Shown here piece by piece: positions 17,536 through 25,826 of a DNA stretch of 64,000 nucleotides; position 1 is the first letter of the stretch; each line of letters opens with the position of its first letter. Both the position numbers and the translations under genes were made by a program. This stretch comes from an uncultured Thermoleophilia bacterium. Its GTDB lineage: Bacteria; Actinomycetota; Thermoleophilia; UBA2241. Under the pieces are notes generated by a model that worked only from the letters and a program-made list of their open reading frames with translations, had not been told where the DNA came from and ran no database searches. The stretch lies in the NCBI GenBank assembly GCA_903927755.1, contig CAIYOD010000164.1:742-64741 (forward strand), read 5' to 3'.

Positions 17536-18272
17536 AAGTCATCGAGGGCGCGCTTGTCCCGCAGCGTGTCCATCGGCTGCCAGAAGCCGTGGTGCCGGTA
17601 CGCCGCGAGTTGGCCGTCGGACGCGAGCCGTTCGAGCGGCTCGCGCTCCCACAGCGTCGCATCGCCGTCGATGTAGTCCAGTGCTGCGGACTCCAGGACG
17701 AAGAACCCGCCGTTCATCCAGCCGCCGTCTCCCTCGGGCTTCTCCACGAACGAGCTCACCGACTCTTCGTCGGCGCCGAATTCCAGCGCCCCGAAGCGCC
17801 CCGGCGGCTGCACGGCGGTCACGGTCGCCAACTTGCCCTGGGATTCGTGGACGGCGAGCAGAGCGGAGAGGTCGATGTCGGCCAAGCCGTCGCCGTAGGT
17901 CATCATGAAGCGCTCGCCGCCGACGTACTCCGCCACCCGTTTGAGGCGGCCGCCGGTCTGTGTGTCCGGTCCGGTGTCGACCAGCGTCACCCGCCACGGC
18001 TCGGCGGCGTTCTGGTGGACCTCCATCTCCCGACCGCGCAGGTCGAATGTCACATCGGCGTTGTGCAGGAAGTAGTTGGCGAAGTACTCCTTTATGAGGT
18101 AGCCCTTGTACCCCAGGCACACCACGAACTCAGTGAACCCATGGCTCCCGTAGATCTTCATGATGTGCCACAGGATGGGGTGCTCGCCGATCTCTGCCAT
18201 GGGCTTGGGCTTGACCTGAGTCTCTTCCGAGAGGCGGGTGCCCAGCCCGCCGGCGAGTATCACGGCTTTCAT
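17499..18272 (-). CDS. rfbF: Glucose-1-phosphate cytidylyltransferase
   Basis: MKAVILAGGLGTRLSEET..KPKPMAEIGEHPILWHIMKIY. ATG 18272 is preceded by GGAGGA; the ORF track extends to 18320. Confidence 0.9.
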   Translation of the reverse strand: MKAVILAGGLGTRLSEETQVKPKPMAEIGEHPILWHIMKIYGSHGFTEFVVCLGYKGYLIKEYFANYFLHNADVTFDLRGREMEVHQNAAEPWRVTLVDTGPDTQTGGRLKRVAEYVGGERFMMTYGDGLADIDLSALLAVHESQGKLATVTAVQPPGRFGALEFGADEESVSSFVEKPEGDGGWMNGGFFVLESAALDYIDGDATLWEREPLERLASDGQLAAYRHHGFWQPMDTLRDKRALDDLWERGAAPWKTW

Positions 18273-18420
18273 GGATCCTCCGGCCACTATGTCTGTCGAT
18301 CTGTCTCTCGCCGTCCCCACCGTCGGGCCGGCGCCGTGACTGTCGATTCTACGTTCCTGAGCGTCGCGCTACTAGCCGGCAGCGTCGCCGGCCGGACAGA
18401 CCCCACGTCGCTGCCGCACC

Positions 18421-19752
18421 TCAGACGGCGTCGAGAGGCACCCCGCCCACCCCACGTACAGGCCGCCGACGATCGACGATCGCGACGACCATGAGGGCCA
18501 GGAGAACCACCGGGTAGACGACGACCGAGATGCTCACGCCATCGACTGCCAAGGAGAGGTAGCGGTAGTCCACCGGAACCAGCAGCAAGCCGAAGAGGAC
18601 GACGTAGACGACATCCCATCGTGAGACGCGCGGTGCATTCACGAAGAACACGAGCGGGAAGTACATCTGGATCAGCGTGTAGTCGGACGAGGCGAACGGC
18701 AGAAGTACCGCCGGCACCATGGCGAACAGCACTCGCTTCCAGCGCTCGCTCTCAACGAGGAGCACGTAGGCCGCCAGCGCGAGGAAGATGAATCCCGACG
18801 CCAGCGTGTACAGCTTGGTCTCCCAGCCGGCGACGGCCACCCCCCGAAGGAAGCCCGGCATGCGCAGCAGCCCCCACAGAGAATGCCCGTGCTGCAGACC
18901 GCCGTCGAGGTAGACCATGTACTGCTGGAACGCGTCCTTGTTCCCGGTGCTCATCGCCAGCACATCCGTGAGGCCGTGATGACCAAGCGCCGCGAGCGCG
19001 ATCACCCCGATGGCTGTGAGACCCACCGCGAAGGCTATGGACAGGACGAGGGGCTTGAACCGCCGCTCGGCCAGCAACAGCAAGAGCAGCGTCGCCGGAT
19101 ACAGCTTGAAGGCGATCGCGGCGCCCAGGAACAGCGCAGCGAGCCACGATGACTGGCGCACGTACAGCGAGTAGAAGAACCCCGCGATGAAGACGAAGAG
19201 CACCATCTCCAGATTGGCTCGATCCACCACGAAGATGACCGGATACGACAGGACGATCAGGATGAAGACGTACTGGACCTTGACGAGCACGCGCTCCTCG
19301 GCGTCGACGAACCACCCACGGAGCAGGAGAGCCAGTATCACCAGAAACGTAGCGATGACCAGCGCGAAGCCGACCCGGATCGGCGCGACGGTGGCCGCAG
19401 CGATCGTGAGGAAGGAGAACGGGAAGTAGACGAACGGCGCGGCCGGGTCCCCCCCAAGGAAGGCCTCGGCGTAGAGGTAGACGTTCTTCCAGTCCATGAA
19501 GTGGTCGGAGGGCTTGAACAGGAACGTGGACTGGGGGTACCCAAGGCCGAAGTAGAATCCGGTCACGTAGTGGTAGGCGATAGCCGAGACCGTCCCCACG
19601 AGCACAATCGTCGCCAAGAGGCGGACTCGGGAGCTCTTGACGCTCGGGTCCACCAAGAGGTGGCTGTCGTCGGTGGCGCTGTTCACGGTGGCCCCTTGTC
19701 GTTCCTCTGTCGGAAGTGCCCTTCGTCGCTGCTCCGACGGCCCGTCGCGCAT
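18421..19752 (-). CDS. Polytopic GT-C-like membrane protein, third paralog (DUF2029/GT87-like)
   Basis: STFLFKPSDHFMDW, VVDRANLEMVLFVFIAGFFYSLYVR, AIAFKLYPATLLLLLLAERR and LQHGHSLWGLLR are near-identical to the 9943-11232 product. Exact start uncertain. Confidence 0.7.
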   Translation of the reverse strand: MRDGPSEQRRRALPTEERQGATVNSATDDSHLLVDPSVKSSRVRLLATIVLVGTVSAIAYHYVTGFYFGLGYPQSTFLFKPSDHFMDWKNVYLYAEAFLGGDPAAPFVYFPFSFLTIAAATVAPIRVGFALVIATFLVILALLLRGWFVDAEERVLVKVQYVFILIVLSYPVIFVVDRANLEMVLFVFIAGFFYSLYVRQSSWLAALFLGAAIAFKLYPATLLLLLLAERRFKPLVLSIAFAVGLTAIGVIALAALGHHGLTDVLAMSTGNKDAFQQYMVYLDGGLQHGHSLWGLLRMPGFLRGVAVAGWETKLYTLASGFIFLALAAYVLLVESERWKRVLFAMVPAVLLPFASSDYTLIQMYFPLVFFVNAPRVSRWDVVYVVLFGLLLVPVDYRYLSLAVDGVSISVVVYPVVLLALMVVAIVDRRRPVRGVGGVPLDAV

Positions 19753-19812
19753 ATTACGCCATGCGACTGCCGAGCGCCTCGGGAGTCGTACCGCAGTGTC
19801 GGCGCCGCACCG

Positions 19813-20595
19813 TCAGAACCCTAGCACCAGCGTCAGCACGAAGTAGGCCGAGACGGACGTGAAGATCAGCGCGTCGAAGCGGTCGAGCACGCCGCCGTGC
19901 CCGGGGATGCCACGGCCGGAGTCCTTGATCTGCACGTCGCGCTTGACGAGGCTCTCGAAGAGGTCGCCCAGCGGCCCCGCGACGGCGATCACGGCGCCGA
20001 GGATGAGCGAGTCGGCCGGCCCGAGCGGCGTGTAGAGGCCGATGAAGACGACGAGCAGCACGGTGCTGATGGCGCCGCCGGCAAACCCCTCCCAGGTCTT
20101 CTTGGGGGAGAGCACCGGCGCCATGGGCGTGCTGCCGAAGAACCTGCCGGTGAAGTACGCCATCGTGTCGCCGGCCCAGGTGCCGAAGATGACCGTGAGC
20201 AGGATCAGCCCGTTCTCGTCCATCGGCCGCAGCATGAGGACGGCGCTGAAACCGAGTCCGATGTAGAGCATGCCGAGGAGCGTGTCCGCCATACGCACGG
20301 TCACGCCGGGCTTGGGGCCTGCCAGGAGTCCGAGCAGCGCTGTGAACAGCACGCCGGCGCAGATGGCGCCGAACACGGCGACGGGATCGAAGAACCACGC
20401 CATGCTGACCATGAGCGCCACACCCAGGAATCCGGCCAGGGGGAGCGGACGGTACTTCTTGGTCAGCCGGTAGAACTCGTTGAGGCCGAGCAGGGCGAGG
20501 ATCGCCATGAGCGCGAAGAAGATGAGGCCGCCGTGCGCGACCACGACGATCGCCAGCACGGCCAGGACGACGCCGGTGATGATGCGCGTCGTCAC
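19813..20595 (-). CDS. cdsA: Phosphatidate cytidylyltransferase
   Basis: Multi-TM protein with the C-terminal signature SLVKRDVQIKDSGRGIPGHGGVLDRFDALIF. Confidence 0.9.
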   Translation of the reverse strand: MTTRIITGVVLAVLAIVVVAHGGLIFFALMAILALLGLNEFYRLTKKYRPLPLAGFLGVALMVSMAWFFDPVAVFGAICAGVLFTALLGLLAGPKPGVTVRMADTLLGMLYIGLGFSAVLMLRPMDENGLILLTVIFGTWAGDTMAYFTGRFFGSTPMAPVLSPKKTWEGFAGGAISTVLLVVFIGLYTPLGPADSLILGAVIAVAGPLGDLFESLVKRDVQIKDSGRGIPGHGGVLDRFDALIFTSVSAYFVLTLVLGF

Positions 20596-21461
20596 GAGGC
20601 GCCGCCTTGCCCGGCGCCGGACGACGCCTGCGTCTCCGGAGCGGCCGCGCGGCGGCCGCCGAAGCGGCGCTGGCGGCCGGCGTAGTCGGCCAGCGCCGCG
20701 TCCAGGTCGTCCGGCCCGAAGTCAGGCCAGTACCTGTCGCTGAAGTACAGCTCCGAGTAGGCGCACTGCCAGAGCAGGAAGTTGCTGATGCGGAGCTCCC
20801 CGGAGGTGCGGATCAGCAGCTCCGGGTCGTGCATCTCGGGCGCGTAGAGGTGACGGCGGAGGTCGTCGTCGGTGAACTCGGGACGCTGGGCGCCGCCCGC
20901 TTCGCCGGGCGCGCCCTCCCCCGCTCCCCGCGAGGACACCGCGTACTCGGCCGCCAGGCCCTCCGCGGCGTCGAGCAGCTCTCGCCGCCCGCCGTAGCTG
21001 AAGGCGATGTACAGCGTCATCCTGGTGTTGCCTGCGGTCAGCGCCTCGGCCTCCTCGATGCGGCGCACCAGTTCGTCGGGCGCCCCTTCGCGACGCCCGA
21101 CGAAGCGCACGCGCGCACCCCGCTCGTGCATGTCGGGCACCTGGGAATCTATCATCTCCACGAACAGCTGCATCAGCGCCTCGACCTCGTCCTTGGGACG
21201 ATTCCAGTTCTCGGTGCTGAAGGAGTAGACCGTGACCTCCCGGATGCCGAGGTCGAGAGCGTGCTCGAGCACGAGGCGCAGCGACTTGGCGCCTGCCCGG
21301 TGCCCCGCGGCCACGGGCAGGCCCCGGCCCTGCGCCCAGCGGCCGTTGCCGTCCATGATGATGGCGAGATAGCTGCAGGTGGCGCCGCCGGCCGCCGGCT
21401 CCGCGGCGCCGCCCGTCCTGCGCAGGCGCCAGCCCGCCAGCCACGTACGCAGCGAGGCCAT
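20592..21461 (-). CDS. uppS: Isoprenyl transferase / undecaprenyl-diphosphate synthase
   Basis: LAIIMDGNGRWAQGRGLP..GHRAG, FSTENWNRPKDEV, and RTSGELRISNFLLWQ..YSELYF. Confidence 0.9.
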   Translation of the reverse strand: MASLRTWLAGWRLRRTGGAAEPAAGGATCSYLAIIMDGNGRWAQGRGLPVAAGHRAGAKSLRLVLEHALDLGIREVTVYSFSTENWNRPKDEVEALMQLFVEMIDSQVPDMHERGARVRFVGRREGAPDELVRRIEEAEALTAGNTRMTLYIAFSYGGRRELLDAAEGLAAEYAVSSRGAGEGAPGEAGGAQRPEFTDDDLRRHLYAPEMHDPELLIRTSGELRISNFLLWQCAYSELYFSDRYWPDFGPDDLDAALADYAGRQRRFGGRRAAAPETQASSGAGQGGAS

Positions 21462-21500
21462 GTCGGTGGGAGCTCGAGGTGACGCCGGCGGGAGGCCGAC

Positions 21501-22058
21501 TCAGACCTCGAGGATCTCGGCTTCCTTGTGCTTGAGGAGCTCGTCGATCTCGTGCACGTGCTCGTCCGTGTACTTCTGGAGCTCGTGCTCGGCGCGCTTC
21601 TCGGCGTCCTCGCCGACCTCGCCCTCGTGGACGAGCTCCTTGAGGTCCTTCATGCAGTCGCGGCGCACGTTGCGCACCGCGACGCGCCCGTCCTCGGCCA
21701 GCCGGTGGACGAGCTTCACGAGATCCCGGCGACGCTCTTCGGTGAGCGCAGGGATAGGCAGGCGGATCACGGTGCCGTCGCTGCTCGGATTGAGCCCGAG
21801 GTCGCTCTCCATGATCGCCTTCTCGATGCTCTTCATGGCCGTCTTGTCGAACGGCTGGATGGTCAGGAGGCGCGACTCGGGCGTGGCGATGTTCGCCATC
21901 TGCTTGAGGGGCGTCGAGGTGCCGTAGTAGTCCACGTGGATGCGGTCGAGCAGCCCCACGCTGGCGCGACCACTGCGGACGCTGTTGAACTCTGTCTTGA
22001 CGGCGTCTACCGCCCTGTTCATGCGATGCTTGGCGTCAGCGAGCAGCTCTTTCTCCAC
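21501..22058 (-). CDS. frr: Ribosome recycling factor
   Basis: 185 aa; VRSGRASVGLLDRIHVDYYG and LPIPALTEERRRDLVK. Confidence 0.95.
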   Translation of the reverse strand: MEKELLADAKHRMNRAVDAVKTEFNSVRSGRASVGLLDRIHVDYYGTSTPLKQMANIATPESRLLTIQPFDKTAMKSIEKAIMESDLGLNPSSDGTVIRLPIPALTEERRRDLVKLVHRLAEDGRVAVRNVRRDCMKDLKELVHEGEVGEDAEKRAEHELQKYTDEHVHEIDELLKHKEAEILEV

Positions 22059-22078
22059 CGGTCCTCCCTTTGGCGGGG

Positions 22079-22819
22079 TCAGCTCCCGGCGGGCGGCGTG
22101 TGCACCACAGTGCCCACGCGCTCACCGGACAACACGCGCACGATGTTGTCGCCGGTCATCTTGAACACATGGATCGGCATGCGATTGTCCATGCAGAGGC
22201 TGAGCGCGGTCGTGTCCATGACCTTGAGACCGCGCTCGATGGCATGCAGATGGGTGATCTCGGGGATGAACACCGCCGATGGGTCGAGCTCGGGGTCGGC
22301 GGAGTAGACACCGTCGAACTCGCGCTTGGCCATCAGGATGGCCTCGCACTCGAGCTCGAGCGAACGGAGAGCGGCGGCCGAGTCGGTGCTGAAGTACGGA
22401 TTGCCCGTGCCGGCGGCGCAGATGACGACGCGCCCCTTCTCGAGGTGCCGGATGGCGCGCCGGCGGATGTACGGCTCGCAGACCTCGCGGATCTCGATGG
22501 CGCTCATCACCCGCGTGTCGACGCCCTCGTCCTCCAGGGCGTCCTGGAGAGCGAGGGCGTTCTGCACGGTCGCCATCATGCCGATGTAGTCGCCGGTGGC
22601 GCGATCCATGCCGCCGGCGGCGGCGGCCATCCCGCGAAAGATGTTGCCGCCGCCGACGACGATGGCGATGTCGACGTCGAGGGCGCGGGCGGTCCTGAGC
22701 GTCCCGGCGATCGACTTCGTCGTCGCCGGGTCGATCGCCCGCGCCTCCGTGCCCAGGGCCTGGCCGCTGAGCTTGAGCAGGACGCGATGGAAGGCGTGAT
22801 CGCCCGGCTCGCCTTCCAC
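22079..22819 (-). CDS. pyrH: UMP kinase
   Basis: RVLLKLSGQALG, VVGGGNIFRG and TGNPYFSTDSAAALR. Confidence 0.95.
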   Translation of the reverse strand: MEGEPGDHAFHRVLLKLSGQALGTEARAIDPATTKSIAGTLRTARALDVDIAIVVGGGNIFRGMAAAAGGMDRATGDYIGMMATVQNALALQDALEDEGVDTRVMSAIEIREVCEPYIRRRAIRHLEKGRVVICAAGTGNPYFSTDSAAALRSLELECEAILMAKREFDGVYSADPELDPSAVFIPEITHLHAIERGLKVMDTTALSLCMDNRMPIHVFKMTGDNIVRVLSGERVGTVVHTPPAGS

Positions 22820-22824
22820 GCGGC

Positions 22825-23436
22825 TCAGCCCGCTACCGTGGTCTCGCCGAGCTGGAAGCGCACGAAGCGGCGCACCTCGACGTTCTCGCCGATGACGCCG
22901 ACGAGGTCGGTGCGGACCTGCTCGATGCTGCGGTCCGGGTCCTTCACGAAGGCCTGCTCCATGAGACAGGTCTCGCCGAAGAACTTCTCGAGCTTGCCGG
23001 TGATGATCTTCTCGACCACATTCTCCGGCTTGCCCTTGATCTGATCGGACGCGGCGTAGATGGCCTTCTCGCGCTCGACGATCTCCGCGGGGACCTCGTC
23101 ACGCGAGACCCACAGCGGCGACGCCGCGGCGACCTGCATGGCGAGGTCGTGGGTGAACTCCTTGAACGGCTCGCTGCGCGAGACGAAGTCGGTCTCGACG
23201 CCGACCTCGACGAGCACGCCGATCTTGCCGCCGGCGTGGATGTACGAATCCACGGCGCCGTCCTTGGTCGCGCGGGCGCTCTTCTTCTGAGCGCTCGCGA
23301 GGCCCGACTTGCGCAGCTCGTCCATCGCCTTCTCGAGGTCGCCGGCGGTGGCCGTCAGCGCCTTCTTGCAGTCCATCATGCCCGCCCCGCTCTTCTCGCG
23401 GAGCTCCTTTACCAGTGCAGCGGTGATCTCAGCCAC
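22825..23436 (-). CDS. tsf: Translation elongation factor Ts (short form)
   Basis: ITAALVKELREKSGAGMMDCKKAL, and its position downstream of rpsB. Confidence 0.9.
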   Translation of the reverse strand: MAEITAALVKELREKSGAGMMDCKKALTATAGDLEKAMDELRKSGLASAQKKSARATKDGAVDSYIHAGGKIGVLVEVGVETDFVSRSEPFKEFTHDLAMQVAAASPLWVSRDEVPAEIVEREKAIYAASDQIKGKPENVVEKIITGKLEKFFGETCLMEQAFVKDPDRSIEQVRTDLVGVIGENVEVRRFVRFQLGETTVAG

Positions 23437-23480
23437 AGCACGATCCTTTCGTAGGGTCGGCGTTGTTCGTCGTCAGGGTG

Positions 23481-24740
23481 TTACTCGGCCGGCTTCTCGG
23501 CCTCGGTCTTGGGCTCGTCGGCCTTCTCCGCCTTGGCCTCAGGCTTGGCTTCGGGCTTCTTGGCGGCCGGCTTGGCTTCGGCCTTGGGCTCCGCCTTCTC
23601 CGCCTTGGGAGCGGCCTTCGCCTCGGGCTTCTCGGCCTTCGGCTCCGCCTTCACCTCAGGCTTGGCCTCGGGCTTCTTGGCGGCCGGCTTGGCCTCGGCC
23701 TTGGGCTCCGCCTTCTCCGCCTTGGGAGCAGCCTTCGCCTCGGGCTTGTCGGACTTGGGCTCAGCCTTGGCCTCGGCCTTCGCTTCTGGCTTGGCCTCAG
23801 GCTTCTTGGCGGCCGGCTTGGGCGCGGCGGCCTTCTTGGGCTCCGCGTCCTTGACGGCCTCGGCGACGGCGGTCTCGCCGCCGGCCTTGACCGGCTTCTC
23901 TGCTTCGGCCTTGGCCTTGGCGGCGTCGGCGGCCGCGGCGGCGGCCTGCTCGGCGGCCTCCAGCTCGGCGGCGGCGACAGCCGCTGCGACGGCGGCCTCT
24001 TCGGCCGCCTTGCGCTCGGCCTCAGCCTTCATCTCGGCCTCGGTGAGCAGCTGGCGGCCCTGAGCGACGGCGTCGGCCATGACGCGGACGATGAGACCGC
24101 AACTGCGGATCGCGTCGTCGTTGCCGGGGATGATGTAGTCGATCTCGTCCGGGTCGCAGTTGGTGTCGACGAGCCCGATGATCGGAATCTTGAGCTTGCG
24201 GGCCTCCTTGACGACGATCGCCTCCTTGCGGGGGTCGACCACGAAGACGGCTGCCGGCAGGCGGTCCATGCCGCCGACGCCGCCGAGGTTCTGCTCGAGC
24301 TTGCGCAGGTCGGCGCGGAGCTGCATGGCCTCACGCGTCGGCAGCAGGTCGAGGGAGCCGTCCTCGGAGAGGTGACGGAGCTCGTGCATGCGCTTGATGC
24401 GCTTGTTCAGCGTCGCGAAGTTGGTGAGCAGGCCGCCCAGCCAACGGTTGGAGACGAAGGGCATGCCGACGCGCGCCGCCTGCTCCTGGATGGTCTCCTG
24501 GCACTGCTTCTTGGTGCCCACGAAGAGGACGCTGCCGCCGCGCTCGGCGGTCTTCTTGAGGAAGTCGCAGGCCTCGTCGATGAGGACCGTCGTCTTCTGC
24601 AGGTCGATGATGTAGATGCCGCCGCGCTCGCCGAAGATGAACTGCTTCATCTTGGGGTTCCAGCGCCGGGTCTGGTGGCCGAAGTGGACGCCGCTCGTGA
24701 GCAGGTCCTTCATGCTCACCGTGTGCTGGGGTGCAGGCAA
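23481..24740 (-). CDS. rpsB: 30S ribosomal protein S2 with a roughly 170-aa Lys/Ala/Glu/Pro repeat C-terminal extension
   Basis: [24 protein letters not shown]. Likely start is TTG 24740, 5 nt after AAGGAGG. The ORF track start at 24803 lacks an RBS. Confidence 0.9.
   Translation of the reverse strand: MPAPQHTVSMKDLLTSGVHFGHQTRRWNPKMKQFIFGERGGIYIIDLQKTTVLIDEACDFLKKTAERGGSVLFVGTKKQCQETIQEQAARVGMPFVSNRWLGGLLTNFATLNKRIKRMHELRHLSEDGSLDLLPTREAMQLRADLRKLEQNLGGVGGMDRLPAAVFVVDPRKEAIVVKEARKLKIPIIGLVDTNCDPDEIDYIIPGNDDAIRSCGLIVRVMADAVAQGRQLLTEAEMKAEAERKAAEEAAVAAAVAAAELEAAEQAAAAAADAAKAKAEAEKPVKAGGETAVAEAVKDAEPKKAAAPKPAAKKPEAKPEAKAEAKAEPKSDKPEAKAAPKAEKAEPKAEAKPAAKKPEAKPEVKAEPKAEKPEAKAAPKAEKAEPKAEAKPAAKKPEAKPEAKAEKADEPKTEAEKPAE
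23509..23850 (-). repeat. In-frame tandem repeats of 117 nt (39 aa) inside the rpsB 3' region
   Basis: Units beginning at 23540 and 23657 are nearly identical, with degenerate copies on both sides. They encode [24 protein letters not shown]-type repeats. Confidence 0.85.
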
Positions 24741-24930
24741 GACTGCCTCCTTGTGAAGACGGTTGCTGGGGGCGCGTGGCCGGCGCGAGAGCGCCGGCGG
24801 CATACGCCACCTTCTGTTCCGGCAGACAGATCAGTGGAATCGAGCGTGGAGAACGCTCGCAAGCGCCTCCCACCCGACACCGCCACGGACCTGGGGGTCC
24901 GCCGGTTCGGCATGGACACAACGGTCGGCA

Positions 24931-24939
24931 ATACTACCA
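24931..24939 (-). promoter_or_regulatory. Candidate extended -10 promoter (TGGTAGTAT) for rpsB-tsf
   Basis: The minus strand reads TGG-TAGTAT about 190 nt upstream of the rpsB start, in an otherwise GC-rich 276-nt gap. Confidence 0.3.
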
Positions 24940-25016
24940 GAAACGGGTGCGCCGAGCCAGAAGACCCGCGGGCTGCGGCGCTCCGAGCGGGCCGCCGCGA
25001 CGGGACGGCGACCGCG

Positions 25017-25811
25017 TCAGCCGATCGCGGCCGGCTCGATCTCGTCGCGCAGGCGGCCCTTGAGCCGCAGGATCGCCTTGGTGTGCAACTGCGAGACGCG
25101 GGACTCGGTCACGCCGAGCACCTCCCCGATCTCACGCAGCGTCAGGTTCTCGTAGTAGTACAGCGCGATGACGATCTTCTCGCGCTTGGGCAGCGCGTCG
25201 ATGGCCGCCGCCAGGCGGGCCTTCATCTCGCTGAGGTCGAGCATGCGCGAGGGATCGCGGCTCTTGGGGTCCTCGAGCGTGTCGATGAGCGCCGCCTGGT
25301 CGCCGTCCGAGCCCGAGATGGACCACAGTTCGTCCAGCGCCACGATGCTCGTGTTGGCGATCTGCGTGAGCGACTGCTGGAACTCCGGCACGGAGATGTG
25401 CAGCTCGTCGGCGATCTCCTGGTCGGTCGGCGCGCGCTGCAGCCGGTTCTCGAGGATCGCGCAGCACTTCTCGATCTCGCGCGCCTTGCTGCGCACGGAG
25501 CGCGGCACCCAGTCGAGAGAGCGCAGCTCGTCGATGATCGAGCCCTTGATGCGCGAGATCGCGTACGTCTCGAACTTGATCTCGCGATCCGGGTCGAAGC
25601 GCTCCAGCGCGCCGATGAGGCCGAGCAGCCCGTAGCTGATCAGATCGGATTCCTCGATGTGCGAGGGCAGGCCGTTGCTCATGCGCCCGGCGACGTACTT
25701 GACCAGCGGAGAGTACGCGAGGATGAGACGGTCGCGCGCCGCCTTGTCACCCTGGAACTTGTACCGTCCCCAGAGTTCTCTGACCTTGTCTTCGTCCAGC
25801 CTGGCCATCAT
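25017..25811 (-). CDS. whiG: FliA/WhiG-family RNA polymerase sigma factor
   Basis: LILAYSPLVKYVAGR, ESDLISYGLLGLIGALERFDP, and YYYENLTLREIGEVLGVTESRVSQLH. Confidence 0.85.
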   Translation of the reverse strand: MMARLDEDKVRELWGRYKFQGDKAARDRLILAYSPLVKYVAGRMSNGLPSHIEESDLISYGLLGLIGALERFDPDREIKFETYAISRIKGSIIDELRSLDWVPRSVRSKAREIEKCCAILENRLQRAPTDQEIADELHISVPEFQQSLTQIANTSIVALDELWSISGSDGDQAALIDTLEDPKSRDPSRMLDLSEMKARLAAAIDALPKREKIVIALYYYENLTLREIGEVLGVTESRVSQLHTKAILRLKGRLRDEIEPAAIG

Positions 25812-25826
25812 CCCGCCCGTCTTCCC

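Noticed and set aside
18273-18420. TAGAAT -10-like box and an imperfect hairpin between the third GT-C gene and rfbF
   Set aside because: There is no matching -35 or extended -10, and the hairpin has a mismatch and no U-tract. It is plausible as an internal promoter or terminator but is not supportable from sequence alone.
23509-23850. Regularly spaced direct repeats considered as a possible CRISPR array or minisatellite
   Set aside because: The period of 117 nt has no unique spacers, and the repeats are in frame within rpsB, encoding a Lys/Ala/Glu/Pro tail. No cas genes are present, so I treat them as coding tandem repeats.
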